Shown here: positions 1-18,776 of the stretch, one piece after another
Layout: each line of letters begins with the position of its first letter
Position numbering within the stretch: position 1 is the first letter of the stretch
Origin: Balanoglossus misakiensis
Taxonomy: Eukaryota > Animalia > Hemichordata
NCBI GenBank assembly: GCA_040954595.2
Contig: CM082581.2
Location: 5,076,699 to 5,140,698 of the forward strand
DNA: 64,000 bases
Direction: 5' to 3'
Position numbers and translations under genes: made by a program
The notes under the pieces: generated by a model
What the model saw: only the letters and a program-made list of their open reading frames with translations
Databases searched by the model: none
What the model was told of the DNA's origin: nothing

Positions 1-3000
1 GGTGAACCTTGACAGCCATGCCAAACAGGAAGTGGAGATCCGCCTGGAAAACCCAACTCCGGATATGTTTGATTTTCAACAGAAACAGGTAAAGTATGAT
101 GTCATGCCTTCGTTGTCATGTCTTCTGCAGTTTAATATTTTATACTGTTGATTTTATGTGAGAAGTGGAAGTAAGAAAATCAATATTTTTTTAGCATAAT
201 CAGAGATTTTGTTGTGGTACGTGTACCAGAGTATGTCTGTGTTAATTATGTGTCTTTGGTTGGTTCTTAATGTGTATGTCTGTCAGTACGTCTGGCTTTA
301 AATTTTGCTAGCATAATATTTAAAAGTGCCTAAAAGTTCCCCCTCCCCATGTTCAGATGAACCTGGATCATATGAAATGTTGATTTCCATTGCACAAATT
401 TCGAAGTTTGGAAACTCAAACTAATACCTACACCCAGTACTAACATATTTTACCAACTTAATCTCTTTCAGACTTGCTAATATGATATTCCCTTGCACCA
501 AACAGCTTTATTGAATTTTCTTTCATCTTAATGTCTCATTATGTATCTCTGTTAAGATTAAATCTTAGTCAACATTAAACAGTACACTAATATTTGTGTA
601 AAATCATAAGCAAGTATGTATGTTCTGATTCATTTTTAAATTTTTGATCTTTCTTTCTGATCAGTTGAAAATAAACATGGTGTCAAGCAGATATACTAAT
701 ACACCATTTGCACTCTATTCTTTCACACTTTCTTATTTGCTTTCTCTTGATTCTGTCATTTTCATTTTCTTCCATTGTACCAATTGCCATGGAAACAAGG
801 GTTTCATGAGCAAAGTAAGTGTCACTTATTAAAGTTGACATCCTTACTTTTTCAACAAAATGTAAGCGGTCATCGTAAGTGGTGGAGGTACTAAAATAGG
901 TGTACACTGTAACACTGCACCGAACACGTTCTGTCCCACATTTGCAGTACACCCTCCACACTGCATGACAGATGATAATTTTAATATGGATGCACGGAAC
1001 ATAACACATTCTGCATGTACACATAACATGGTGTAATAGTATGTGAAGGTTGTGGTCCAATATGTTCCCTATGTTTAACATAGGATATAAAAATATTAAT
1101 TTTTCATAACTGAATTAATGAGATTCACAAAATGTCTGATAAGTTTCAAAGTGCCCTTTGCTAGCAACCTCAATTAAAGACAAGTGTTTTTAAATAGTCG
1201 TTTGTACCGTAATTGTCTCATTTTCCTTAAAATTTAAGAGCCAGCTACAGAGTGCACGCTTTTACATTAAAAAATGAGTTGCATTGAAGTAATTAGAAAT
1301 AACTGGTACCCTTCAATCTTGTGAATTTCATTGATGTGCAAATCTACCATCAGAGATTAGACTGTACAAAATAACCAGTCACATTCCCCACCTCTGAATA
1401 ATAACAGTAAAACACCCCCCAGTATAAAATCACACAGGCCTCCCCCCCCCCCCTCCATCCAGCACATGACAGTAATCAACTGTCACCAATACTAATGTTG
1501 TATTCAGTACAATTCACCCTATCAAGAATTTTTGACTAACAAGTACAATAATCGTTAGTTTCAATCTTCAATTCGCTTTGTGTCGAATATTGTCATCCAG
1601 GGAGAAATATTTGATTGGCACTGTCATATTAGTGCCATCATCAATCACTAAACAAACAGTTTTGTTGATGAAATAACATGTCGAACAAATCTTAGAATTG
1701 TATACGTAAATGAGTAATTTTGATACAAGTGGTAGCTTTGAACATCAAAGCGGATATTGGTATTCGATTGTCATGGGTCCATTTATGAACTTCGATCTCA
1801 ATGTATAGAAAAGTGACTGCCTTTATATTGATTCATATTTCACCTTAATTACGGTGTTGATATCTCTGCACACATTTCTTACTGTCCTCTCCCCACTTCA
1901 GTTTAAACCACTCACAATTACGTTAAGAGAACTTCCCTTTTCTGTTAACCCTCTCTTTCATATGGCACAGAGTGGTGTAGTAAGATCTACTCTGAAAGTT
2001 TTGACATGTGCTTCCCACACCGTCAGTTAACTTCAGCTCACAACACACACTGTTCCATGCATGATGATAGTTCGATGCGGGCACCGAGGTCAGGGGGCGT
2101 GCATGCGGTGTGCCATGTCCATTTCAATAATTTGAATATGGTGTATATTTTTTGCAATATTCGTTGTAAATCTCTGTAACGTCACTGTCAGGTGTATCTT
2201 GAGACTAAGCCTGATGGGTTTCATCTACACAATCAAAGTCAAATACAGTCCCCAGACAGAAGGCTACGTTCTGTCGGCGATGGCAACCAAGGCCTTCTTC
2301 ATATTTCATGTATGGCTTTACTGTGATTCATGTCCAGTGTGGCAGACATTTACTGGTCACATGTCCCTTCTGTTAAGAGCAAGAAAGAAATTCTAGGCAT
2401 ACTTGACCGGTTGTGTAACAATGTCAACATGGTGGAGATTTTCCACTTCACTGGCTGTGTGCGAAAATTGACCGAGATTTGGAGAGACAAAGACAAGTTT
2501 GTGTTCAGCAGAGCTTTCATAAACCACCCTGTCATCTGTTAATATACCTGTGTGACTGAACCTCCCTCCCCCCAAAGAAAATCAGCAACAAACAACAAGT
2601 CGTGTATTAGAATAGTATGGTATCTACCAGCGCAAGAATGTGAGAAATCATCAATATTATCAGATGGTTAATATTACTGGGTCTGTAGCTGCAGTTTCTT
2701 CGAGTATTTTGGAAAGACCAGCATTCAACTAGGTCTGTCCGACTTATCTTTGAATAACAGTGACAGATGTAATGCCATCTCAAGGACAACTGTGCTTGAG
2801 TATAGGATAAGCAGTGTTTAGTGTAATCCCCGCATCTCAGTTGGCTGGTACTTTACTTTTTCGAAATAATTTGGTGAAGAATTTCCAAAATTATGGTTCT
2901 TGATGGCAGTTGTGACATTTTTTTTGTCTGATGGAGACACAGGAAGTGGATTACTTTCTGTACTAGACTTACTGGCATTTGGCTTCATTATCGTTACATA

Positions 3001-6000
3001 TACCACAGACCCCTTTTGAAAATTTCACATTCGCTTGCCACTGTGGAGAAATCTTTCTGTAAAGTGAAATGGTTACGTGTTGGCTTTGTAGACATGTCGG
3101 CCTCGCACCAACAATTGTTGGTCAGTTCTAGCTGATGGCTACAGGTTTAGGGGCAACAAAACAGTCCGCATCAGACTTGGAAGTGACACTGTTATTTCAG
3201 TTAACGAGCCGTGAAATTAAGACAGATGCTCAGACTCTGTTCTGTTGTTGTTCGTTTGCAGATCTTTCAGTTGATGAAGTTTGATAGTTACTCTCGTTTT
3301 CTGAAGAGCGTTTTGTACCGGGACTGTGTGATGGCCGAGCTGGAGGGCAGACCGCTGCCCGTGCAGGCAGAGCCGGCAGACAGCACAGACACAGGCAGCT
3401 CCACCAGGGAAGTCAAAATTAACAAGAAGGCCAGTAAGAAAGAAGACAAGAAGAAAAAGGACAAAGAGAAGGTCAGTCGTGGATTTGGTTTTTGTCTTAA
3501 GAGTGGCCAGACTGTTGTCTGCCTCTGCAAGGAAGGACTTGTGAAAGAACATTTTTGATTGGATACTGGTCATCAGAAAGTAACCAATCAGCAGTAGTCT
3601 TACTGTTTCACTTCGTATGAGACATGGTTTGTAAAATTTCAAGCATAGAATTTTAATAGTTGACACTGCAAGCATTACATTGAAATCATAGGATATAATG
3701 TGCGACTCGTGTTCACAAAAATAATGTTTTCATTGCTACTTCAGTAAAGATGTAAAAGGTGTAAGATTTCTAGAGGTTCTCTACCTCTTGCGCTAAAATT
3801 TGCTGACACTTCATTACAGGCGAAGAAAGGAAAGGACTTGTCGTTCTCTGGAGAGAGTGAAACAACCGATGAAAATGCTGGAGAAAAGCGAAGAAAATCA
3901 CTCTTACCGTGGAATAGAAGTACGTTTTAACATTTAAGTTCATGCAAGAAATGACTGACAAGTTAAAATATTTCACTATTTTCATGAATATTTTCACCAG
4001 TAAACTTTTCTTGTTTTTATATCATATTTATACTGTTGTGTGTTGCAGATAAAAGCACGAAGAAGCCAAACAAAGCTGAGAAGAAAGATAAGAAAGGTGG
4101 GACATATGAAAAATGAAATAACTAATGCCATTAGAGTATAGGCATATTATACAACAAGTATCTGTCACGGTACTCTAGCTTATCGGTGATGTTTTTTGAC
4201 GCCAGTTGTTAGCATTTTCAAGAAACTGATCATATATCCCCAGGGTATGCTTGTAATTTTAACCTGGTTTAATGTTTTTGCTCTTTCTGTCTGTTGTTCT
4301 GCAGCGCCTGCATCTGTTGCCATGACACCAGCCGCATCCTCATCATCCATTGAGGAGAAGGAGAGAAAGGTGAATACACGTGAGGGCAGTGTTGGAAGCA
4401 CAGGAAGCAGGCGGAGCTCACTGGCTAGCGGAGATTTGAACAGATTTGCAAAAGAAACCAGTGAAGGCAGCGAGGTTAGTTGAGAACTGTGTTGTTGTCA
4501 GTAGGAGTATGGAATATTAGATGTATGATGTACTGTAAAATCTGTCTAAACTGAACACCAAAGGGACTGATGAAACTGTTTGGTTTGTAGAGGTGTCCAG
4601 TTTGTAGTGGTTCTTTTAAGGGGTGCTTCTATGTCAAAGGGACACAAGGTGTTCAGTATAGACAGGTTTCCAGATTAGACAGAGCTCGGTTCAGACAGGT
4701 TTTACTGCAGGAGGTTTATGAGTTTATAGCAAAAGAAATCTTGAAATTGCAACTACAGAAGCAGAACCGAAAAATATGCCATCTCAGTTTTATGTACTTT
4801 GAGTACTAAGACACTTTTCTTTAACAAATGATTTTTTCCCCTGCCAGTCACATGAAAGGATAGTGGAGAGCAATGAAATCAAGGAACCGCACAAGTTTTG
4901 CCGGGTGATACTGCCAGATAACTCCACCACTGTCATCTATGCCAGGAAAGGTCAGAGCATACGAGCAGCGCTGAAACTTTTGTGTGAGAGGCGAAGAATT
5001 GCCATAGCATCATTGGAGGTGTATGATATCAAAACCAATCAGGTAATTATTGGATGATGATAATTGGATATGATGCTAAATAGGCCTACTGGAAAATAAA
5101 TACTGCGTTTATGACCACCACTGTGTTCTATAGACATTGGATGATGATGAAGTCATGTGATAGTGGTACAAACCCAGAAATACCACGGATATATACTTGA
5201 ATGCCTATCTTACCATGTCCAATTATGCACAGAGATTTCAAATTCTGGATATCACCGAATGAAAAAATAGCTTTGAACTGGATATTGGAGTGGGCTGGAA
5301 TTACATCTTAATTAATTGCTAACTAGACTTTCACCATTACCTGGCATCTGATCCACATCCCTGTTCTCAGATTCTCACAAACCTGATGCCAATTATCCAA
5401 CAAAATTTCAATCCTAATAGATGTGGAGCTGTTGCATCCACGTATCTCACCAGAGTGAAATTATATGGGAGGAAACTGATTTAAATCATTGAGAAAATTG
5501 TTTTTGCAAAAATTGTTGAATGAAAGGTATGTGGACTGTAGAGGGCGCTGTTACCAAGGTTTGATGATTGCCCAAACATTTTCTGCCACAAATAGCATTC
5601 TTGCCAACTGCGAACATTTGAATGCAGTCCAACAACATGGTAATTTTAGGTGTTTACTACTGCAGTGTACAAATTGTTATGTTGCAACTGTGAAAAATAT
5701 TAACAAATAAAGTGTTGTTACAGATGTATGGGTTAGGTGATGACCTGTCTACACTTGCATCTAAAGAAATTCAAGTGGAAAACAGAGTCATGTTCAAGTA
5801 AGTAAAAATTTGTGATATATAGATGTTTTTTTGTTTCTGTACTCTCAGCACTTGTGCTTAATGCAGTAAGCCAGTGAAAAGTGAACATTCTTTTAAAAGG
5901 AAAATTATCTTTTACGTGTACATGTATTCTAAAATATTGAAAATTGCCAGTAAAGGGAACTGAACTGTGAAGTGCTTGAACATACATTTCAGATGCCTGC

Positions 6001-9000
6001 TAACACCAGAGTAGCTGTCTTACTTTGTGTCACAGGAAGTAAGAGTTTTAAAACTCGAAAGTTAAATCGTATTCCTTTTCCATCCAATCTGACAGAGTTG
6101 AACTGCCAAACGAGAGAGTGATCGGCGTGAAGTCCAAACCAAACAAAGCCATCATTGATGTCTTGAATCCAATCATGAGCAAGTACAGCCTGACCTTGGA
6201 CGGCATGGTTGTACACCTGAGCGCGTCACCTGTGCAGCTTGAACTTGACATTGAAGTGGCGACCTTGGAAGGTCAGAGGGTCATCATCGAATCCTATGAG
6301 AAGTACACAGGTAAGCACGTCATCATTGCCTTTCATATGTTGCTTAAAGTATTCCACAGTATTCAATTACAGTGTAAGGAGAGTGAATAATAGAGAATTT
6401 TCCCTACAGAGAAAATAGCATTTGTCTTGTTCTCCAAATTCAGTTTGCGTTTTGTGTCATTTCAGAACGTATGAGCATGGGTCGACCACCCCTTCCTCCA
6501 AGTGGTAGGCTCCGCAAGGCTGAATCAGTGGACAGTACATTAGACCAATCGAGCCAGTCCAATGTACATGTAGTCGACATGAGACCAGCAAAGGTGAGCA
6601 TTTGGGGGAAATTTAACATAGATGAGAATTTCATCCTCTGTATTCTGTGGAATCTGTCTGCCATTTTGGCCAGAAAGTCACTTGTCTAGGCCAGTGATCA
6701 GATGCAGGGGTATTATATGAACACATGGTAATTTAGAAGCCGATCACAATTATACCACAGTGTGTGACTGCCTTCGTGATCTTTAAGCCTTTCACCCCTG
6801 TTTTCCTGTGTAGAGGTCCAACCTTACAATAGAAAACAATGAGTGGGGACTAAACCATGGTCGTGGATGGTAGCGAACGGGTTAAACACTCATTAGATAT
6901 GAGAGAATGAGAGAAAATGTGCTTGTTTGATTCAAAAGTGTTGACTGCTGAAGTCTCAGAACCACTTTGTCTCGGTAGTACAGCCACTGTGAACTTATAT
7001 TTTGTTTTTATCGATTTTCCGAACGACAGAGTGAAGAACGACTGCACGACGCGGGGAAAGCCCCAGCATTCGGCGGCAGCAACTCCACACTCTCCAAATT
7101 CATCCGCACGGGCGCCCACAGAGACGAGGCTGCGGCGGGACTGCAGCAGAAGCACGGCGCAGCTCGAACAGGCAAGGCAAAAACTTCCCGTCCCACTAAC
7201 ACAGACAAGAAGTCAAGTACCGTGCATGCCAAACGTGTTAGTAGTCTGAGAGGGGTCAATGACCGGGGTACTGTCAGGTCAAACGCCAGGCTTAATTACA
7301 CACAGGCCAAAGGTATGGGTAGGTTGCAATCCAACTGTCAAGTGATGTGCACTTTTTGTCTTGGAAGTGCTGTGGAATCGTAGACAATGTGTAGATTAGT
7401 GCAGTGCCACCTTTAATGTCCTCCTCCATGAGTTTTCCGTCTCTTTCAATTTTATCTCCCCTGTCCCTTTTTTGTTACCCTCCACTTTTTTTTCTTTTTC
7501 TATTATCTTTCTGTCCCCTGAGTGTCTAAAAAAAACATCAATTAACCAGGAGTTGGAAAGTTTCAATTTTTTTTTTCACTTCCCCCCCCCCCCCCCCCCC
7601 CTATTGACTGATTTTTTGCAACTAAGCATTTTGAAAATTGTATTTGTCAAATGGTAAAACTTTGAAAATGATTTTGATAGTGACGCCCGAGAGAACCAAA
7701 ATTCATGGATTTAGTACGCAAAAGTAGAAGAGTAGATTAAAGTTAAATCCACATTAGATGTAGACAGTAAAAAATATCGTAGTTCTAAAGGCACTCTCCC
7801 TGATTCACTGTGAAATGGACTAATCCAGCCGTACGGGACTGTGAGGAAGAGTTCATTTGGAACAGAATAATGGGGAAGCATAGAGTATCGTAGACATGCA
7901 CGTGTAGAGTACACAAGTAGTAAATGATCAGCGAATCACAACATCGATTAGCACAGCTGAATAATTTGCAAACCACTACATCAATCGGCATAGTAGAATT
8001 ATCAGCAAATCACTGCATATTATCAATTTAATTCAGTGAAAATAAATCCACCAGATCATTTGAATTTTAGTTACATGTACATCTGGAGTCCATAGTGCAG
8101 GGTGTCAAACCTAAATCCATTGCAAGAGACTTTGCTCCAACTTCATTGTCAATGTCATTGTCTAAACGAGATGACTAATCTACTATCTAACAAAAAAACC
8201 ACATACATATTTCATGCACTGTGGAGTTCAGATTTGATGATAAAATCTGCATAGGCCACTTTCATTGACCTTGAGTGACCTTACATCCTGGTCTATTGTT
8301 GGGACGACCCCATACACTATCGAATGTTATACACAACATTCATCCTTTTGTAACAGACAATATTCAAAATGGGATCTTCTAAGATGAGTTTGAGTGCACA
8401 GATTCAACAGTCCTTTGAGTGTTCCAGACCTAATCTCAAAATGGCAAACTCATACCAACAAAATGCCAGGATGTAAAGGTCACATAGGGGTCATGAAAAT
8501 AGCCTATTAGTTTTGTATATCACTAATATTTGTAGTGTCATAGTTGTATTATTTCAATGTGATTTCTTTATTATATAGAGTTGAGCAGTCAAAGTTCAGA
8601 AATCTCTGTTATCTGACTCCATATCCCAGCATGCAGCATTTCATGACACACTGAATTGTTTGTGTGTGGCTTTCCATCATGTGATGAAAAATGCCAAACA
8701 TGTATTCTCGTACTGGTATTTGATTTCACAATCCATGACATGCTACATCCTGGCATGGCTCTTCCTTGATATCTGTTGCAATCTGGGATTGGAGAATTTG
8801 ACAGAGAACATGGAACTTTCTGCCATGTGCAGTTTCGTATGTAGAGTAGAGTAGAGACAGATTTTGACTAGTATGGTTAGGTCATCTACAATAGAAATTA
8901 CCACAGCTTGCCCATTTGATGTGAACAGAGTTTAAATTTTTGTTACTCTCACCGTACGGGCCGATAAAATTGACTGAAAGCAGCTTGCAATTACAACACC

Positions 9001-10730
9001 AAAGTCAAACAAAATTATTAACATACATCACATTAAAACGGCAAGTTACAGTAATTTCTGTTGTAATTTATTTGGTCATCTACTTTTGGCAAAAAAAAGT
9101 TGTGTCTCATTTAGTGTAAACATGTCATGTGCAGGGTAAGTATCATGTGACATTGTCATACCTAAAAGCAAGGCCCTGTCTGCATCTGTAGAGATGTGCT
9201 TGTGTTAGAACACTCTATACAAATGAAGACATGGTCCATACGACACACTTAAATGCAAAGTAAGAGCAGTCCACATGAAGCGGTACCATTCCATATAACA
9301 TGGCTTGGCTCCACTGGGCTTATCAAATTCTAGACTAGTCAAAATTGCAGCGCAGATGAAGGTAGGGCCACGCCATGGTTGTTTATTAACTGCTGTTCAT
9401 TTTCACAGATCTTTTTGATCTTGTAGCCCATGCTCAGCATGACCGCATGGACGATCAGCGCGGTACCTCCGCCAACTTCGAGCTGCCCGAGTTCCTGAAG
9501 GTGCAGGCCGCGAGGAACGGCGCCGCCGGTGGCAACAAGCTGAAGAGGTCGCCTCCAGTGCACAAGGAGAAGACGATGTCCCAGTGGTCGTCCAAGTCGG
9601 CCTCGGATTCGGAGAACGTCGACGACGTCCACGGCAGGGGTTCGGAAGCCGAGAGGGTCGCCATGTACTACCCTCCTCCCCGACCTCACTCCACGCCGCC
9701 CATCCGGCAACTCCAGACGATGGATTTGAGTCTGCAGGACGGCGTGCTCCCCACCCACCACGAGGCCGACTTCGTCTTCGGGTCGCGGGGAGGGAGACTC
9801 ACGCCGGAGTTCAACGACTCGGGCCTCCTGGGCAGCAGCTACCGGGAGCAGAATCCACCCATGGAGGTGTCGTTCCTCAACGACGACAGCAGACACTCGG
9901 CGAGACCCGCGCTGACCAAGAGCAAGAGTCTGTCGAGGAACCGCGACGACCTGAGCCGTCTCAGTCCGGCCGTCTTCAGCCGGGAGCACAGCCACAACCA
10001 CCGCTCCAGCCCGGTGGTCAGGTTCAACATGGACGTGGCGGACGGCGGTCCGAACACGACGGTGGTCGAATCGACCGACGTCGAGAAATCGGACGCTCTC
10101 GACATTGACGATCTGGACGCCACGATCACGGCGTCGGAAATTCCGATGCCCTCGCCTCCCACTCCGAAGGACGTCGACACCACGTACGATTTCGGAGAGG
10201 CCAACTACAGTCCGCCTCCACCATTGACTTCTCAGGAACGTGCTGCCTTGACCGCAAGGACGGCCAACGCGGGCGGGGCGGTCAGAAACCCTCCCCCTGT
10301 TCCCCCGAAACCAACTCTGAAAGGAAAGACTCAGAAAGGCGTGACGGACGCGCAGCCAGAGAAAAGACCGGATAATTTGGTCTTGAAATCAAAAGATACT
10401 GAGCAGGGGGCCAGCAACCTGTCCTCGACCGACATTTCAACTTCGCCGGTGCCTTCGCCGTCGACGCACGACCTGTTTTTCACTCCGTCGCCCGAGGAAG
10501 GGCAAGGCGAGAGAGACAAGATGGCCGCCGGCAGTCAGGTCACCCCTCTGACAACGACAAGCAAGCTGGACGACGACCGATCGCTGGGACGGAGCATCAT
10601 GGGCGAGCAGTACAGCATCCTGAAGAACCGCCAGAGCCGTTCGCGCTCGGGCATCAGCGTTCCCTCGGACAGCAATAACGTGATTCAGCTGGGCAAGGAT
10701 GCTGACAAACTGAGGATCACTTTTGTGTAG
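1..10730 (+). CDS. RGS12: Regulator of G-protein signalling 12/14 (loco)-like, 3' part; 5' end lies outside the window
   Basis: Frame-continuous GT-AG exons: <1-88, 3262-3471, 3820-3919, 4049-4096, 4305-4474, 4848-5042, 5724-5797, 6096-6310, 6466-6593, 7030-7312, 9409-10730. RGS C-terminus [15 protein letters not shown]|[16 protein letters not shown]; RRKSLLPW; RBD1 [13 protein letters not shown]; RBD2 [15 protein letters not shown]; GoLoco [19 protein letters not shown]; C-terminal PDZ-binding-like ITFV. Confidence 0.9.
4533..4707. mobile_element. Degenerate pogo/Tc1-mariner-like MITE in an RGS12 intron
   Basis: Imperfect terminal inverted repeats CTGTAAAATCTGTCT ... AGACAGGTTTTACTG, with TA on the left flank. 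Confidence 0.45.
8251..8507. mobile_element. Degenerate MITE-like inverted-repeat element
   Basis: About 40-bp imperfect inverted repeats ATAGGC..TGACCTTACATCCTGG / CCAGGATGTAAAGGTCA..GCCTAT; no clear TSD. Confidence 0.4.
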
Positions 10731-13700
10731 TCTGCAGCTTGTGGCGATCGCCGGTGTAGTGTTGCTGTATCTATCAACTTTGCCGGAACGTGCGGGCAAC
10801 TCTTTTGAGACTAAAAGAATTCTTCACTGATGCTTTGAAAATTGTGCGCAGCATTCGACATGACCACCCTCGCTCGACAAAAATCTTTTACTGAATAGAA
10901 TTGTAGCCATAACAGTCGCATACTTATTGTGGCCTGATCCACTTTGACAGAGAGATGATTTGCTGCTAACAGTACTTTCCATAGCTGTCGTAACTGCCAT
11001 ACGCTGTATTTTCCTTTTTGCTTCTAGGATTTATTTGTATATATGGAGACTTTGAACACACACACCCCCATTCAGGTATTCTCAACGTGGCTGACTAAAA
11101 TTATACATACTTGCATAACTCCCATTTCTCAAATAAATGTGTCTCACATTTATAAAAACTATAAACTGCATGGACACTTTCCTTGTCATTTTGACATTAT
11201 TCGACAACATGTAAATAAGTTGCATTTTTACTTTTAATCGAATTTCTTTTGACTGTTGGTATGAAGTGTTTTATAACTTTTGTTGATATGCAAATTGTAA
11301 ATAGTCATCACAAAAAAGTAAAAAAAAAAAGATATTATGAGGGACAGGAATGCAGAAGTTTCAAAAAAGTGGTTTATTATTATTTTCTGAATTTAGAATA
11401 TCACTGCCACATTTAATGTCCTCCTGACATTTATACATATGACTTTGAGGAGAAAATTATAACCCAAGGGGTCAATTTAATGTGACTAGCCTTTGCCATG
11501 GAAACAATGACTGCCCACTGACTGCTGTAAAATAACAGATGAAATGAGCAGTGAAATACAAATTATGTAGCCATAGCAACAATATAATTTTTTTATGAAG
11601 AATCAGTATTTCCTAAACAATTATCCGGTATGTTTGATAATATATATAAATATGAAAATAACCACATCATGAATTCATTTTTGTATCTCGTAAATAAAAC
11701 TGAATTCTAGTTTTTAAATCATTAGTATTTGAGTATTGTAAATCTGACAGAATATTGTATTGTGCCATATGTTGGAATGAGCAGTATATTCTTGGAGAAT
11801 GGATGTTTATATCAGTTTATTAATCCCAATGTTAGTGTCTGTCTGTCAAACACTGTAGTAAACTGTTTGTACAGATTCACCAATGAAATCTATCCCCTGT
11901 ACTTAAAACCTGTCCTTGTCAATTTCACGTTTTCACCATTTGTACATAAATCTAATTTTGTACATACGACACTTGTATATTTTTTCCGGTGGTGGCATTT
12001 ACACAAGAAAACAATTGTATTCTTCTGTACATGAAACAAGAGTTGTACAAAATCATGTGCCTTTAAAGGGAAAAAAACAATATAATGCAGCTTTGATTCA
12101 GTATTATATTATTATTATTATTTAGTAATGAAATGAACCATATTGGTGTGAATAACAACATATATTGTTTGGGTTATATTACAATATTACAATACAAATA
12201 CCTTATAAAAAAATCTTGCAGTAGGTTTTTCCAACTCTGACTACCCTCTCCTCAAATTCTGACAGTATTCAAAACATGCTGATAACATTACAAATGCACA
12301 AGTTCATATTGTATCGACAGAAATCAAAAAGACATGCAAAGTTTGGGTATTCAGTCACATTTGTCCCTTAAAATTCAAACCGTCTGAAAATGTTGGCTGT
12401 TGTTATATTATACCATCGTCCAGCCATTTTAATTTGAAATTGTGATTTTTGATATCATTCTGGTAATATTCCAGGTATGTTTTTTATTTTTAATGTAAAT
12501 ATGAGCGTGGTTGATCTACGAGTGGGAAAACAAAAAGAACTGGAATATGTACCAAAATTTATCATTCGTGCTGATAACTTGTTTGCAGGTATATGCAATA
12601 CTCTCACAGCCAAACTATGAATTGTACATGTCATTGGTTTAGTGTTGCAATATAAACCACTCTGAGGTGAGCTAAAATGTGTTAGAGTTTGGAAAAACTT
12701 ACTGCAGCTCTGATGCCATAGCATCTGGTTACACCCAAAATAGTGTGAATGTTATTTTCTACTAAACTATAACCACCACATATCACACAAGAAATAAAAA
12801 AAAGTTACTAAAGTTACTTATAAAAAAAATCTTGGGTGTGTATCTTGTGTATTGTGTGGCATGTGAGGAGAGAGAGTTGTCTTATGCTGTGACCTTTGAA
12901 CCCAAATGATAAATCAACCTTGCAAAGATAAATATAGCTATCTGTTAATATGAACACACAAGTTTTAAAACAAATGACTACAGACTGGACACCTTACTTC
13001 AGCCCAAACGAATCGCCAAATGAAAACCTGTAATCTTGGGGGTAATTTCTTGATGTATGAAAACTGAATCCATTCCTAAGACCAGCTTGCAAACTATGAA
13101 TGCATGTTCATAACACTACATCACATGATGGTTGTACCACAGTCCTGTTATAGTTCTGAAATAGGCAGAATTGAAAAAGCTCAGGTACGTGTACCTTGAA
13201 GAGTAATAAAGTTATCAACGAACATTTTGCCACCAAAGAAACCTACCAGACAGTCATCTTGTCATGATAAAGGTAAATTATGAAAAGAAGAAAGGGTTCG
13301 TGTCATCAATAGTGAGGGCGCTATACATTATATTTGCATGTTGAAAGTTACACATAAGCGTTGCTGACAATTTTCAAATCAAACAGCTGTTGTTCAAATT
13401 TTAGCAGCAGTGAATTATTCAACATGAGAGAAAAGCAGACAAACAATGTCGAATAGGTGACCATCTGGACAAAGATATTTGTCAGTGGGCTATACAGTGA
13501 CATTGTATTCGTGTTACAGTAACAAAAACTGCAGTTTTAACGTTTAAATACTTTATTTCATTCATTTACAAATTCAATAACACAATTATAAATTCACAAA
13601 ATGCAAAAGAAAACATAGAAAAACTGAAAGAATTTTATCATACCTTTACTATTTTATCCAAGATAAATATAATACATTTTAGTATTATTTCAATTTGGTG

Positions 13701-15611
13701 TTTCACAGCAAATCAATTCACAGCTTTCCAAAATCAATGTTTTTCTTAAAAAGGGTTTTTAACAAAGACAGTCATATCCAGCAGTGTAAAAAATAAATGA
13801 AAATTAAAAAAAGTAAAATGCTGGATGGATGTGGCAGTGGAGTTGCTGTACACATCATTTCAAATCAAACTGTAAACCAAAAAAAATACAACAATATTCC
13901 GAGAAGTTGTTCCATGTCTATTAAAAGTTACATCAATGTCAGCATATAAAATTCATTCCGCATACTTTTATTTCTCCATATTTCTGTCATCCTCCATTCT
14001 CTTTTATATCATTTTATTATATTAAAAGGCCACTGTAGTAGTCTCTCAGGCACTTTATACAGAAATCTCAGCTGTAGAATTTAAAATCGCCCAATATATA
14101 CAAATGTTTCACCAGCTGTGGCAAATTTCATTGCTTGTAAGAACAAGTCTGAAACATTTCATTCTCAAAGACATACTCCCTGTTTTGATTATACCAGGGG
14201 TAAATAATAACTTTTTAAATGACTTTGGAATAGACTTGTGCGATCAAATTTAAACACTTACCAAGGTCTGCACAACACATATTCACACATATCAATGCAC
14301 TGTATATTCACTTTATAGTAACTACATATATATGCTGATTTCAAAATTGAACAAAAACACACTGTAAGTATGTATGTATGGATAAAAGTACACAAAGTAC
14401 AAATGTGCTCTCCCAAAGTTGCAAAACACGAACTTGAATATGTTATGTCCATTTCATACCGCCCCCATCAAAGATGAACAATGCACAGTAAAAGCCTCAG
14501 GTTACATCTGATATGATGATCATTTACAAAAGCACTTTTCCCAATTCTCCAATTTTATGCGTGGTTTACCAATACTACCGTATTTACAAGCTCCCTGACC
14601 CATATTAGGAAATATGCGTAAGTTGGTATTAGACAATGCATAGCATATTAATTTTGTAATTTCCAATCCATGTGTAAATGAATAATTACCACTGACTTGT
14701 CCCTGGATAATATGACAACACAGATCCCAATATTATTAGTTTTAAAAATAATTTACAAGCAATCCATGCCTATCGTGAGAACTTTTTTGTTATTAAAACT
14801 CCTTTACCCAAATACGGTATTTTACAAATATTCACACCTTTTTTTATTGAACTGCCCTCAATAACACCATTCTATACACATTCCTGCTGTACAGCTAACT
14901 TTCCATGTATCTGTATATCTATGTAATGTTAAATACAACACATAACTCATGCACAGTTGTCATGCGTTCAACACAAGCAGCATTTAGTAGTCTATATCAC
15001 CCAGTTGGAAAGAATCATCTAAAGCAAACCATTTACCTTGTAAATGTAAGAGCCCACTCTTAGAAGAAATATTAGCAGCTTTTCCCAAACTTCCCAGTGC
15101 CATGGACAGCTCTGCCTTTTTTCTTTTTCCGTTGTCCATGACAACACCATTCAACCATGTTGAGGAAGTCAGTGTTTCTAAGTGCAGTGCGCTAGTCTGG
15201 CCCAAAATATTGACAACCACACATTTTGAAGTTTAACTCTTTCACCCCCAGTTCCCTCTATAGAGGTCCAACTTCACCAAAGACAACAATGCACTTGGAC
15301 CGGACCATAGTGTTGAAAGGGTTTAAAGGTTTCGCGTAAGTACATGGTGTAGCAGAGCGATCTCCACCTTGGCTGCTGATAGCTGAGTAGATATCCACAT
15401 TGAGTACAGAAGAGTCAAATGGACCAACACAATTTACAGACACTTGTACCACAAACGCATACTTAGCAGAAAGCCATGAAGTTGCCTCACAGAAGTTCAA
15501 GACGCAAATGCTATATCCAAAAGAAATACATTTGTCATGTACATCACACCTGGATTTCTTCTGTCTCTCCACTAACTCTCTCCCGAAACTCTACCTGGTC
15601 ACTGTCAAAGG

Positions 15612-18776
<3,165 letters not shown>

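Noticed and set aside
9339-10799. Overlapping alternative-frame and antisense ORFs over the RGS12 last exon
   Set aside because: Expected by-product of a GC-rich coding exon; no motifs.
10800-15600. Short ORFs between RGS12 and PACRGL and in 55500-60700
   Set aside because: AT-rich UTR or intergenic sequence; no splice-consistent or recognisable coding signal.
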